DNA from: Cycas panzhihuaensis
Taxonomy: Eukaryota > Plantae > Cycadophyta
NCBI GenBank assembly: GCA_023213395.1
Contig: CM041465.1
Coordinates: 225,439,741-225,503,740 of the forward strand
Direction of reading: 5' to 3'
Length of the DNA: 64,000 nt
This document shows positions 40,901-54,400 of the stretch, piece after piece; position 1 is the stretch's first letter; each line of letters starts with the position of its first letter. Under the pieces are notes generated by a model that was not told where the DNA came from, did no database searches, and worked only from the letters and a program-made list of their open reading frames with translations. A program made the translations under genes and the position numbers.

Positions 40901-42339
40901 TAGGATTTCCCAGTATTGGAGTTTTAACTTTGGATATAATCGGTAAGTTTCAGTTTCTGGGCTTCCAAGAATGTCCTTTTATTTGTGTCAATATCTTCTT
41001 CGTTTCCCAGGTACTGGATCTGGTTTTGATCATTGTGTTTTTGTTTTCTCCAAATACAATATTCTATCAAGATCTACATTTCCCAATTCAGTGTGATCCA
41101 TTTTAAGATTATGCTCCATTGTGAATATTAGAGAGGCATAAAACAAATGTATCCATCAATGCACAAAGGAAAACTCTCACTCGAAGCTAACACCACTGCT
41201 TCTGAGCCTTCAGCCAAGGTATTTAAGTCAATATTGTATCAAACTCCGATGGCCCTCTGCCTCTCTCTTCAAGCAATGCGCCCTTACGTCGGGAAACCTC
41301 CGGTTCTGAAAGATCTACGCCACCCTGGAGGATCTCCTTCGCTTGATAGCTCCACCACAACTTCCTTAAGATCGATCCGTTGTAAAGAGAAATCGCGTCA
41401 ACTTGGTTCTTTCATTGTTGACATTAACACTAAATTATTGTAAACCAATCTTGTAGTATTCTCGAAAAACTAGGTCAAAAGCCTTTGTAAACCAAGTGTG
41501 GTGCATAAAAATTGACTGTCGTACACCTCCTTCAAAATGTATACATAAATCTTGTTTTTATTCCTCTCAAAGCTTGAGACATCAACAAGTAACTAAGGGT
41601 GCAACTTATTAGTCAACCCCCTTCCCCCAACATCCCCCCCACCCCCACCCCACCAAAAAAGGAAGAAAAAAAAGAAGAAGAAAAGAAAAGATAGAAAAAA
41701 ATAAAATTTTGGTCTTTCAAAATTTAGTTTTGTGGGGCTTAGAACCTCAAACAGCTAATCACTCATTTGCCCTTGTTTTCTGTCACGCACTTTAATCTTG
41801 ACAATCACTCTCCTGGCATTTTGAGTGATATTGGTTGTCTATATGCCATACCATGTTTTCAATTTGTGGGATCTTTTCTTTATGTGGCCCATATTATTAT
41901 CTATAGTTATTATAATGATATATGGTTAATGAGTTCCTTATGCCTTATTTCCCATACTTCCTTTCATTTTTACGTTGCTTTGGTTAGTTGCATAGCCCTT
42001 TAAACAACCATCTTTTGAGCTTCATTCCTTGTTAGAAGTTTGTTTTATGCAGTGTTAAGCCACCCTTTGGGGTACAAACATTTGGGAGTGTGGCTTTCCT
42101 CTGCCTTGCTAGTTTTATAATTTGCTTTTGGATTGCAACCATATGTTAAGGATCATCCCTGTTTTCCCTATAATTGAATCAATGGGTGGAATTTTGTTAT
42201 CGTTGGTGGGGGTGCAATGGATTGAGTTCTTTCTGATGGAATCTTACTATCTATCAAGTAGTAAGATAGAATTTCGTAACAACAATTTGTTGTAGTAGTG
42301 TTGAAATTTCATATACATACTTTGTAAGCTAAGCATGAA

Positions 42340-43455
42340 GTCTGTTAAGTAGTATAACCATTGGGACCCGAGAATTGTAGCAGATGCTATGGGCACCACA
42401 AACAAATATGTATAAACTGTGAAATTCTTATATTTAGTAGAAGGTTTGTGTAACATGACTTTGCATTTAACTTGGAATGTTGCATCTGCCTTGTCACTGT
42501 CTAGTGTTGGTGGTAGCTATTTAAATCTCTACTCCTTGCAATGGAAACGATTCTCACTTCTTTTGTAAAGCCTGATATTTAACCCTGGAATTGAGAACTG
42601 AATTCATAGATTTGTCCATCTCTGTTGCCTGTGTTGATTGCACATGGATTGCAACAAAGTTATCAGGTTGCCTATATACTAGTGAATTTCATCAATTACG
42701 AACCAAAAGAGCTGAGCAAAGGAAGGCCTTGCTGTAGTAGTAAACTGATTATGCATATTTAGACTTACAAAGTTCAAACAACTAATTGTTCTTGGTCTTG
42801 GTTGAACTCATTTTTAATCACAATTCAACAAAATATTTTTAGGAGTTATTTGAAGATTTGAATGATTCTTTTTTACCCAAAGTATTTTCTTTGGGGACCA
42901 CTGCAATCGTTAGATTGTCTGCATCCATTCCAGTTTTCCAAGATTAGTTAAGATTTATAACCACTGGGCTTAAGAATTGTATCTAATGCTATTGGCATTA
43001 CAATGCATGACTTTTTAGTTTCCCAATATTCGGTAGAAGGTTTGTATCATGTGTTTGCACTTAGAATTGTGCATCTGCCTAATGACTGTCTAATTTTGAT
43101 GGTTCCTCCTTAAATCTCTTCACTCCTTGAAATGGATTAAATTTTCATTTTGTTTGTAAGGTCTGATCTTTAGTCTCAGAGTTGAGAGCTGAATTTATAA
43201 TCTTGTCTGTTCCTGTTGTCTGCATTGATTGCATATGGACTTCAAGTTTCCAACTAAGTTAGTAGGTTGTTCATATACTTGCGGATTTCATCAATTATAG
43301 AACCAAAAATGATAGGCAAAGGAAGATCCTGTCATAGTCTTGGACAGATTAGGCATGCTTTAAATATTAGAGTTCAAACAACTAGGCTTTGTTGATCTTG
43401 GTTGAACTCATTTTCAATCATAATTCCCCAAAGGCATTTGAAGATTGAAATGACT
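42340..43455 (+). repeat. ~600-bp diverged tandem repeat (about 1.9 units), non-TE, probably PLS-PPR-derived
   Basis: Landmarks recur at ~600 bp: tataacca(t/c)tggg at 42353 and 42956; gaaggtttgt at 42440 and 43036. Residual peptides SVGGSYLNLYS, LFEDLNDSFLPKVFSLGT and VEGLYHVFALRI resemble PLS motifs. Confidence 0.8.
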
Positions 43456-43456
43456 C

Positions 43457-43580
43457 ACTTGTTGGATGATGGTATAAGGACCAAACCTTATAGGGGCCTA
43501 CTTGTTGGATGATGGTATAAGGACCAAACCTTATAGGGGCCTACTTGTTGGATGATGGTATAAGGACCAAACCTTATAGG
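43457..43580. repeat. 43-bp tandem repeat x~2.9 at the broken end of the Gypsy integrase
   Basis: acttgttggatgatggtataaggaccaaaccttatagg(ggcct) starts at 43457, 43500 and 43543. Confidence 0.95.
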
Positions 43581-43787
43581 TTTGAGCTTGTGATGGTGTT
43601 TGAATCTTCGTCTGTCAAGGTAGATCCAAACTTTGTCGCTGATGTGAAAGTTGGTTGGAACTCGATGTTAATTGTATAAAGTCTTGTATTGGTCTTGGAC
43701 TAATGTGTGAAGACATGAAAGATGCTCAATGAAACTGAAGGCCTTTTTTAGTTCTTTGTGCTTGTGCTTGTTCGCTGGAGGAGGTAA

Positions 43788-46700
43788 TGAATGAAGGATG
43801 GATCTAGGGAATAAATCACTCACATGCATACAATGGCATTGGAGAATGAAAAAGAGATAAAACAAGATATGAGAGTAAAGCTTGGAGGTGAGAGTGAATA
43901 ATGATTCCCTCCTTGAGATTTCGTCTTTTATTATTGAGGGTGAATATTAGGGTTAGGATTTTTTGGCCTAATGACATGAACCTGAAATTACATCTAAATG
44001 CACATAAAGCACATATCATTAAGAGACTAATGCTAACAATATATCCTAAGGTCACTTAATTAATCTATACAAATGACCTTGATACATTAACCTCTTTCAA
44101 TCCCCCCTTAATGGTGGAAGGTCATTTTGAGAAAATCTATTCTATGTGGTCTTTATTTGAGCTTCATTATTATATTAAAATTTTAAATGATATTTTTATG
44201 GGAAAACCCTCATGAGGAATAAAAATCCACAGACTTTCTAAGATCTATAGCCCTTTTTATAAATCAAAATGGCTAAGGTGGCTCTTTGATGTAGCTTGAT
44301 AGCCAAGTAGCTTAAATGTGCAGCTTGATTTGCCGAGTCTCCATATACCGTTTCGTCATCCCCTATGCCCTTTCAAGTTTTCATAGGTTCTGATTTTCCA
44401 AAACTAGTACAACCCTTATCCTTCTGTGCCCGTATGGGGTTTTCACAAATAGGATAGAGTAAAGACTTACTCTTATTCTTCCACGCCTACAAGGGGTTTT
44501 CACGAATAGATTAGAGTATGATAATCCTGTTGCCATCTTCTTTGATCAGTCGAAGATGGAGGCCCTAAGGCTGAGTTGCCTTCGAAATTGTCCAAACTTC
44601 ACCTTTTGCAACGATTTGGTGAAGATATCGGCCACTTGATCTGCTGTGGGGCAATATTCTAGTTGAATTATGCCATTATGAACAAATTCTCTAATCCTGT
44701 GGACTTTCGTACTTATGTGTTTGGTACGATCGTGAAATACAAGATTTTTTGCCATGTGGATTATTGATTGATTATCCACATGAAGGTCGGTAGGACTTGT
44801 TTAGGTGATATTCAATGTTTCCAATAATTTGCTAAGCCATATCACCTCCTTGCTGATCTCAGAAGCAGCAATATATTCAACTTCGGTAGTTGAATCAACA
44901 ACTATCTTCTGCCGTCTAGATCTCCATGATATTGGTGTTGTTCCAAGAAACATTACATACCCAGACGTAGATTTTCCTGTATCTTTATCTCCTGCAAAGT
45001 TTGAGTCTATGTATGTAGAAAGCTTAAATTCATTATTAGGTTCATGCAACAGACCAAATTTGTTGGTTGTCTTTAAGTATTTTAACACTCGAACTGCAGC
45101 CTGCCAGTGATTCTGCTTAAGATTTGTTATGAATCATGCAAGAATGCCGGCAGAGTGCAATATTTGGCTTTGTATTGGTAGTGTAGATGAGACTACCTAC
45201 AGGTTTCTTGTAGAGTGTTGTGTCTACCTCTCTAGAGTCTCAATCAACTGAGAGTTTGGTATTAGGGTCTATAGGTAAAGTCACTGGTCGAGCATCTTCT
45301 AACTGAAACTTGGTTAGAAGATCGTTGATGTATTTTTCTTGGGAGAAGAAAACTTTTCCATTCTTTTGTGTTACTTCAATTCCCAAGTATATTTTATCAA
45401 ACTGAGGTCAGGCAATTTGAGTGTTTTGCCAAAGTCCTTTTTCAGTTGGCTTATTGCCTGTTCACTATTACCCGTTACCATGCATGTCATCCACAAAGAT
45501 TATGAGATAAGTGAGTTTGTCCTTTTGGCGCTTGATGAACAATGTTGTATCAATATCTTGGTAGTCACAAACCTCGTATCCAAGTTGCCTCATTCTTTTA
45601 GACAACTTGGCAAACCAAGCACGAGGGGCTTGTTTAAGGTTGTACAAGGACTTTCTGAGCTTGCAAACCTTATGCTCTTGAACTTCGATCTCATATCCTT
45701 CTGGCTGAACCATGTAAAGTTCTTCTTCAAGATCCCCATTGAGAAATGCAGTCTTAATATTGAGCTGGTGGATTTTCCAACCCTATTGAGCAGCCAAGGC
45801 CACAAGAGTTGTAATTGTAGGCCACTTGGTTGTAGGTGCAAACACTTTAGTGTAGTTGATGCTTTCCCTTTGTGTGAATCCTTTAACTACCAACCTTACC
45901 TTATGCTTTTCAAGGGTGTCGTCTGATCTATATTTGTTTTTGAACACCCATTTATTTGAACTACTTTTCTGCCAAGTGGTAGATCAATGAGCTTCTATGT
46001 ACTATTTTTTCTGAGAGATTGGTATTCTTCATTCATTGCATTTCTCTAGACTGTATGTTTTACAGCTTCTTGGTGCGAGAGGGGCTCTTCATTAAGAGTA
46101 AGCTGCAGTTATGTCGGTTCAAGCTCAATATATAATGATTTCTGCATCTTTGCTGTATAGGCACTTCGAGTGCCAGTTTTGCCCACTTCATTTGGTCGTA
46201 TGTCCTTATTGAGCTGGTGGGCTTCTCGAGATCTTTGAGTTGGGAATGAGGTCCTCATTTCCTCAACTTTTTGGTTCTCATTTTGTTCATTAAAATGATC
46301 ATTTTGTAAGGAGGATGTTGATGCACTTGAGGAAGATGGTCCTTCTACCATTGTTTTGCCTTTGTCGACTGAAGGTGGAGAGGATGATTCTTCTATAATG
46401 GCTTTGCCTTTGTCAACTCTGTTATCTTCAAAGGATGGTGTTAGATGTGCACTCATCGGTTCAGAGCCACAACTTATATCCTCCGAGGCTCTATTGTCAG
46501 CTTCCAATAGTTGGAGTAATTTATGTCCCCCCCCTCTCCCTGCCCCCCAAATTTTGGAATTTGAACATCATACTTGATAACATTATTATAGTGGCGTGTG
46601 CGTATTTTGGAGTCCAGCCTAAGCAACTGATCCTCTGTCTCTATAAAAACGACATCTCTGGTAACGATAATTTTTCGTTGTGAAGGTATAAAGACCTTAT

Positions 46701-49700
46701 AGCCTTTCTTATCCATAGGGTATCTAACAAAGATGCCTTTAAGTGCCCTTGGCTGGAGTTTATTTCGATCTGCACCCAAAATGTGGGCATAGCATGTAAA
46801 GCCAAAAATTTTGAAGTAGTGAATAATGGGGACTTGTCCTAACCACTTTTTATTAGATGATTGTCCTTCATTTGATGGATTAACAGCATTGATACAATAA
46901 ATAACTGTCCAGATGGCTTCGACCCATAGGTAGGCAGGTACATTTTTGTATATCAACATAGTTCAAGCCATGTTTATGATTGTCCTATTCATGCGCTCGG
47001 CAACTCCATTTTGCTGTGGAGTACCTGCGACTGTTGTTTGATGTTTGATGCCATTGTCTCGAAGGTAGCTTTCAAACTCATGTGAGGTATATTTGCCACC
47101 ATTATCAATTTGAAGACATCTGAGTTGATAACCTGACTCTTTTTTAGTGTAGACTTTGAATTCTTTGAATACATGGAAGGCTTCATCTTTTTTGTGTAGA
47201 AAAGCTACCCATACTTTTCTAGTGAAATCATCAATGAAAGAGATGTAATATAACTTGCCCTTCAGTGAAGGAATGGGCATTGGTCCACACAAATCAGAGT
47301 GTACCAATTGTAATGGATGGCTCGATTTTCACTGACTTTTGGGAAACAGTTGTCGATGAGATTTGGCAATGATACAAGTTTCACATTTAAAAGGCTTCGA
47401 GGAGAACTTTGAAAGATTTGGAAGAGTGTTACAAAGATTTTTAAGTTTATCGATGTGAACATGGCCCATGCAAGTATGCCAAAGAGCTTCTGGTGACAAC
47501 GTTGGGTGGGTCAGAATGGTGTTAAATGCAAATTCTTCATCGGCACAAGGGTTTTGGGCACAATGGGCTTTAGAAGATGGAGAGCTATTCAGTCGAAAGA
47601 GTTTGCCAGTGAGATGTCCAATCAAGACCACTTGATCAGTTGGAGGGTTAATGATCTGGAGAGTTTGGTCATTTGCGGTTACACTGAAATTAAATTCACG
47701 AGAGACAAGTGTGGATAAGGAAAGCAGGTTTTGTTTGAGATTGGGTATGTATAGGACATCAAGCAATGTAAAATCTTTTAAGCCTGGGAGTTTCAAGCGG
47801 ATGTTACCAATTCTTTTAACAGGTTGTTGTGATTTATCTGCCATGTGAACAACTCCTTGAACATTTGAGTCAAATTTTTGATATAGACTGCGATTGCATG
47901 TTATATGTTGAGTTGCTCCTGTGTCCATGATCCACTGTCCATTGATTGAAGCCATACTATTTGCAATTCCAATAGGGTTTGGCATTGGTGAAGGGAATTC
48001 ACAAGTGATATATCCACATCGAGTTTCAAAGTATCTTTGTGGTTGGTCAATGGCATTTGATGTTGAAGGTCACGCAATTATTTGAAAATGTGTTTGTTCA
48101 AAACCTACACCACTAAAGGTTTCTTCACAAGTTTATTCAACATTGTGAGCTTCATGTTTTGGTTGGAACTTGGCCAACTTATAAGTGGTGGTTTTGCAGT
48201 CTTTTGCGAAGTGTCCTTTATGGTTACATCGATCACACACAATAGTTTGATTGCCAGTCCCTGAAGAGGTACTGGTTTGACCTAACTGTCTTGCTCTTTG
48301 TTGAGGTGGCCCTTGGCTTTGAGACTGTTGAGGCTGTAACTGAGGGTTTGGTTGACCTTGTGGACGATTTTCCATATTTCTTTCTCTTCCTCTTGCTCGG
48401 TTGTTTTCTCTGCCACGAGAGGGACCTTGATTTTTTATGTAGCAAGTTTCTTCTTCCACCTCAAAGGCTGTATTTGGAAGAGAGTAAGAGCCTACAAAGT
48501 TAGTATCAAAAGTCTTGTCAAATTCTATAAACTTCTTGACAAGTGCTTCAAAGTTGAGTGTCTTCAATGTTCCACTAGATTGAAGACTTCTAAGTAAGTT
48601 TTTATAATCAGGGACATGTAGACATGATTGGATCAAGAATACCCAAGTGATGCATTGGGTCTTAAAGTCTTTGTCAATTGCCTGTTTTATTGGTCGAAGG
48701 AGATTTATTGTCTCATGAGCTCGTCCCTTCTGCATTTTTAATTTGTTCATTTTCAGAACAAGATGAACAAATTCTAAGTCTGACTTGGTATCAAAGTTCT
48801 TCTAGAGAACTACAAGGACTTTCTAGGTTGTATCATGTTGCTCTTCATTAATCAAGTTGTGCAAGGAGTGATCAGTAACTAACAAAATTTCTGCATGAAT
48901 CTTTTCATCATCTATCTTCCATTGTAGTTTGGTTGTGGCATCTGTAGGAGCTGTTGGAGCGGATCCACCGAAAGCAGGTGTTGTAGTTGTTGCAAGTATG
49001 ATGGGTGTAGGCTGCAAGTGGGTTCTCCAAAGGCCTTCATACTTTGCAACATTTTTAATTCTACTGTACCACAAATCCCAATTTTCTTTGTCTTTCAATA
49101 TGCAGTTGACATTCTGCTTGAATTGAGATGACATGGTGATGCTGAAGAAGTAAAAGAGATGATATAAGTATGTGCCACTCACATGTGAGGCTAGTACACC
49201 TAACACAACAAAGATGCAGAAATGAATGCTATGATGAGAAGCAAGCAATGATTAAGTATTTTTCAACAACTATAAAAAATGAGTATAAGCAATGATGCAA
49301 GAATGAGGCTTAATGTAGAGCTTGCAAGGAGTGGTGATGTGTCATGCCACTAACCTCTAACTTATGTCCAAATGTAGGTGAGGTTTCGATGCCTAAGGCT
49401 TCTAATATACGATTAAGGCCTTCACCCATGATACTCGCACTTGCGCTTGGTGATGAAATCCAAGTCACAGTGGAGTCCAGGTATTCTCAGTCCTCACCCA
49501 ATTCACCAGTGAGCAGCTATATACCTCCTCTGAAGAATAAAATGGTACGTGTGTATCCCACGGCTATGACGGATATTGGACTGGGTTAATTTTAATTTTG
49601 CATTAAGGTTTTCAGTTTTTCCGGGTGGTTATCAGGATTATCCCTGATTTGAGGCCGTAGGTATGGTTAACTTGTCCATTCACCACTATTCCAGTTAAAA

Positions 49701-51399
49701 CTAGAGCAGTATGAAACTCACACCTCCCTTAGGACCTGAACTTCAGCCAACCATGGTCTATTTCAATTAAGGCGAGTGTGCGCACAAGTCAAGAACTGGT
49801 GGTATAAGTCGTACAGATGAGATTCCTTTTAGGAAATAATATAAGTTGTTTCCGAATAACTGAAAAATAAAATGGAAAGTTACCAAATATGCTTGCTTGC
49901 CTTTCGTGTTTGCTTTGTTGTTGCTGCTGATTTATGTGATGCTTTATGTTGTGTATGCAAATAGAAAGAGCATGCTAGATTTAGCAAGGGAATCGGACGT
50001 TGCTTTCGATCTAAGGTTTCCCTTATTTTAGTACAATGTTTCCAAATATATTTTTGAAAATTTCAATACAAAAGCCACAAATGGCCAAAAAGCGGATCAA
50101 CTTGTCGTTAAAATGTTGATTTTTCTAAATCTAGATGCATGCTATTTAGCCCTATTTTGTGATTTTTTTTCTCTTACAAAATTTACAAATAATAAATGAG
50201 CAAAATTTTCTAAAAGTTACAAATATGAATGCCTAAATGATGGAATTTGAATTTATGATAGGAGAAAAAAAATGTTCAGAATATCGTTTCTGATAGGGTA
50301 GTGAAGTTAGATTTCTGAAAAGGCATAAAAAATTTTTGTCCAAAAAAAACACAGGCAGAATCTTGCTAGATCCACTGTCTCAGAATCCAAATTTTAATAT
50401 GTCAAAGGCTTCATCTTGACACGTACATTAACTTTTCCTTTTGCACCATCTTCAAAATTAACCAAAAAAACTACCCAAATGCCCTCGCAACGTCTTTTGT
50501 GGAGTCGAGTAGGCAAATTCAACATCCGTGAGAAAACTACAAAGATCTCACTAATTGGTGGATGAAATTTGATGAGATTTGTCTTAAAATGCTCCTACGA
50601 CATAAATTTACTAGATCCCTTAGAAAAACTTTCAGATTTTCAATTCATGTTTAAAGGATTTTATTTAGAAAAATGTCTTAAGTCACATATCTGCAAATTT
50701 TGATCTTTTGTTTCAGCCAACTCGTTGTTGCAGGCTGGATCTAAAGTTGCTTTAGAAGACAAAAATGATCATCTTAGCAAGGCGACCTTACATGTCAAAT
50801 TTCATCAAAATCTGAGATGGTCAAAATTTTCATAAAATTTTAGGCCTTCGATGCTTTCAGGACTATTCTGGCAACCAAACGGCTTCAAAAAATTGTCTTT
50901 TTCACCTCTAAAATTCTACGCATATAAAGAAAGCAACAACATGCAAAATAATATAATTTTAAGCTCTTAAAATTTTAAAAATGATGAGTGCATTCTTAAT
51001 ACCCAACATTGAAGGTGAAGGAGAGGCAAAATGATTCCATGCAAGTGGAATGGAGTGAGTCGATCCCCTTCTAGCTTTGATACCACATGAAGGAAGGATG
51101 GATTTAGGGAATAAATCACTCACATACACACAATGGCAATGGAGAATGAAAAAGAGATGAAACAAGATATGGGAGCAAAGCTTGGCAGTGAGAATGAATA
51201 ATGACTCCCTCCTTGAGATTTTGCCTTTTATCATTGAGGGTGAGTATTAGGGTTGGCATTTTTCTGTCTAACGACATGAACCCGAAATTACATTTAAATG
51301 CACATAAAATGCATTTCATTAAGAGACGAACGCTAACAACATATTCTAAGGTCACTTAATTAATCTACACAAATGACCTTGATACATTAACCTCTTTCA
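43788..51399 (-). mobile_element. Ty1/Copia element D
   Basis: LTRs 43788-44099 and 51088-51399. TSD ggtaa at 43783-43787 and 51400-51404. PBS complement gctttgatacca 51074-51085; PPT complement tcccccctt at 44101. Confidence 0.95.
44546..49134 (-). pseudogene. Copia D gag-pol relic
   Basis: Zinc knuckle CDRCNHKGHFAKDC, PR WIMDTGATQH, IN VHSDLCGP/PQQNGVAERMNRT, RT FVDDM and RNase H QVADIFTK. Many stops and frameshifts. Confidence 0.92.
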
Positions 51400-51493
51400 G
51401 GTAATGCTAAAGGAAGTTCATACATAGCAAATTTTGAATGGAGAATGTCCTGTTGATCGATGGATAGTCTGGTTGTAGTTGTGTTGAACATGA

Positions 51494-54400
51494 TGTTAAA
51501 CCTTATGTTTACATGTTAAGATAATGTACTTTAATTTTTATGTAATATGTGTACTTTTGTACTTTAGGGGTGACTTATCACTTAAGTGATAAAGTGCACA
51601 CCCACATTCTTTCTAGTGACACAACGTTGTCACTAAAGGTTCAAATGGACCCTCATGCATTTTTGTTCACATGAGAGCCCAAAAGGACACGTCCTACATG
51701 CAAGGCATGTATCTTGGATGTTTAACACTTGTCAAACATCCAAGGCCTTAGGTCTCTCATTTCACTCTATATCATGAGACCTCTTCTCATTGTCTCATAA
51801 GAGAGTTGGGGTATTGTTATCTTTGTCAGTTTGCTAATCAAACTGTTTATTCTTTGGAGGTTGGACCAATTCTAACTCCACACATTTGATATCATTTCTC
51901 TTGCTCCTTCATTTTATGCTTTGTCTCTTATGCTTTCTTTCATCTTGAGAGTATTATATTTGTTAAGTATTTGTGCTTCTAGAACTAGAGTGATCCTAGC
52001 TTCTAAATCTTGGGACTGTGAGGCCATTATGCCTCTTTTCACATTTGGTATCAGAGCAAGAGGAGACTAGTTCCCTCTGTTCTGTTTGTAGCTACTCAAG
52101 GAGATTCAAAGAAGGGCTTCAAACCCTTGGTGACAACCTTTGCCCTTCGAAGGTGATCCAAGGTTTGTTTGAGACCATTTTCTTGCAGGTTCAAGCTTCT
52201 GGAGTAGCATTGAAAGGCTGGAGCACTCCATATTCATATCTGAATTTTTTTTTCAGATCACCTTCAAGAGTTTTGAGCAAGTTTACTCACGTTTTTTGTA
52301 ATTTTTCTACTAAAATCTGTATTTTTTAGCTAATTTTTTTTCTCACATTTGGGTGTTGAGTTATTCTCTAGCCATTTGAAGCTCTCAGATTAAATTTATT
52401 TGAAGTTTGAGGACCCTTGCAGGCTGTGGATCAATTTCTAGGCATTTTCAGCCTTGAAACCCCACTCAAAAAACATAAAAAAATATTGTTTTTCACTCTT
52501 TTTTCTCATATCAAGCTGGCTGTCCACATACTGACCCTGCATGCAGTTGTAGCAGACTTGAGGGAAGAGTTTTAGTGATTAATATGGGGGTTTAAAACCC
52601 CGAACAGCCGTACGGCTCCAGTTTTCCTTTCTCAAGGACATGTAACTAGCCATAACTTCAATTACTTGTAGCTCTTTGCACACTTGACGAAAAGCCTTGA
52701 GATTTTAGAGGGAGTTGGATACCACTTTGGCACCTCTCCTCCTGAATTTTCAGCACAGACATAAGTTTCTACACGCAGTTCTCATCATTTACGTGTCTAC
52801 AGGAGCCGCCAAAGTCACGCTGGCATAAACGACCTTTTTTTTATTTTGAAAAATTCAAATCAAACTTTTGATTTTTGTACCTTATATTATACTTTTAAGA
52901 ATATTTCTCTGAATATTGTTGGCTGGCTATTAAAATTTCTGGGTTTAAGTCCTCAATCAAGGCTCCTTGCGTGGTGTTCTTGCTGCTCAAATTTGCAAAA
53001 AAAAAAAAAAAAAAAAATTTGAATTTCAGCCTTTGTTTTTGGCTCTTTAAACTTTTTTTAACACTTAATTAATGTTGCATAAGTGTTAATTGGCTTAGGT
53101 GAAGTGATTTTAAGTGTTTGCACATTGTAAAAGTGATATTTATCACTATTTCAAACACTTCTTTAAGGCACCTTGCATGGTGACCTATTGCCCTTAGTCT
53201 CAAAAAGGGCTTAAAAAAAAGCCACTTTGTACTTAATAAAATCACTTCTTTTTGATCGTTGGGACTATTTTAAAGTCTCAACACTTGGTGCTTGGTGTTC
53301 TATTTTGCAAGTGGTTCTCTTACCTTCACTTTTGAACATTAAAAGGAACCCATTTGTATCTTCATCACTAAGTTTTGCCTTGCTTCATTGAGTACTTAAG
53401 CACATTTTCAAAGTACTTTTTTGCAAAACTCATTGTAATCAAGCATCTGTTTTTTACTTGGATCAGCATAAGCACTACACTTCATTAAAGTGCTCATTGT
53501 AATAACACTTCAAGTGTTCATATTGATGTACTAAAATTGCTTTCTTTTGAAGCCACTCTTTCATTGTAAAGCTTAATCAAGCATTCTTATAAGTACATCA
53601 TCCAAGTAAATAAATCTAAGTTCACTTTAAAACTTCTAAAAAGTGACTTAAAATCTTGTTGGAGAGGCCCGAAAAAGGTTCAAACCTTGCCTCTAAAATA
53701 ACCTTAAGCTTGGTGCATTCCCTAGGGGACCAACCGACCGTACGGTCAGTGCACGACAATTAAGGTTGCTTGAGGGAAAGGAGGTTCGAAAAAAGTGTTA
53801 TTGGGGCTGTGAATCCCAGGGAAAGCATGGTACGTCCATGTAGATCAACTCTACCTGCCTTGTCTTAGATTTAACTTGGCCAACTGTTGGATCTTTTCTA
53901 CAGATCAGAGTTGGACCAACTCCATAGCCTAGTCCTCCACCCCTCATCATTCCATTCAGTTGTTGGATCTTCTAGTAAGATCAGGACTGTTGGTTTCGTT
54001 AGAAGATGGAATTTAAGTGATGAAAGCTTTGAGTTTTCAAGTTATCTGCTAGCTTCAAGCTTTATAACTGAAACATGACTGCTATCAACATGCTAAATGC
54101 ATGCACCATTCGATTAACAGGTTAAGATAACTATCAAGAATGGAAAAGAATCACTCAAAATTTGCTGATCATGAATGAATTTTGGGGTTATGTTTTTGGA
54201 AGATTACTCCATCCTGTACCTGTTGTCAATGGCAATGTAACTGTGCAACCTGATGATGCTTTAGTTGCTGCTTGGGAAGCTAAAGATGAAATCGCTTTGG
54301 CATTCCTTCATATGATTGTTGATGTGCATGTAGATCAAAACATTGCTTGTGCTAAAACTTCTAAGGAAGCTTGGGACATTTTGTCCTCATTGTATGAAAG

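Larger units (their letters stand above)
35217..41396 (-). mobile_element. Full-length L1-clade LINE (ORF1 + ORF2 EN-RT-zf-RVT-RNase H), degenerate
   Basis: 17-bp TSD gtcaacttggtt(a/c)tttc at 35200-35216 and 41397-41413. Poly(T) on + at 35217-35230. Domains are in the expected order. Confidence 0.95.

Noticed and set aside
42178-42200. aatgggtggaatt resembles a miR482/2118 target site
   Set aside because: The seed-pairing 3' end (ggaaaga-like) is absent.
42591-42610. tgagaactgaattc resembles the animal miR-146 5' end
   Set aside because: Plant context, no precursor hairpin, and paralogous repeat units differ at this site; chance match.
43457-43580. 43-bp repeats as a CRISPR-like array
   Set aside because: No unique spacers; the unit is Gypsy integrase sequence. 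The 50-bp repeats at 61261-61410 also lack spacers.
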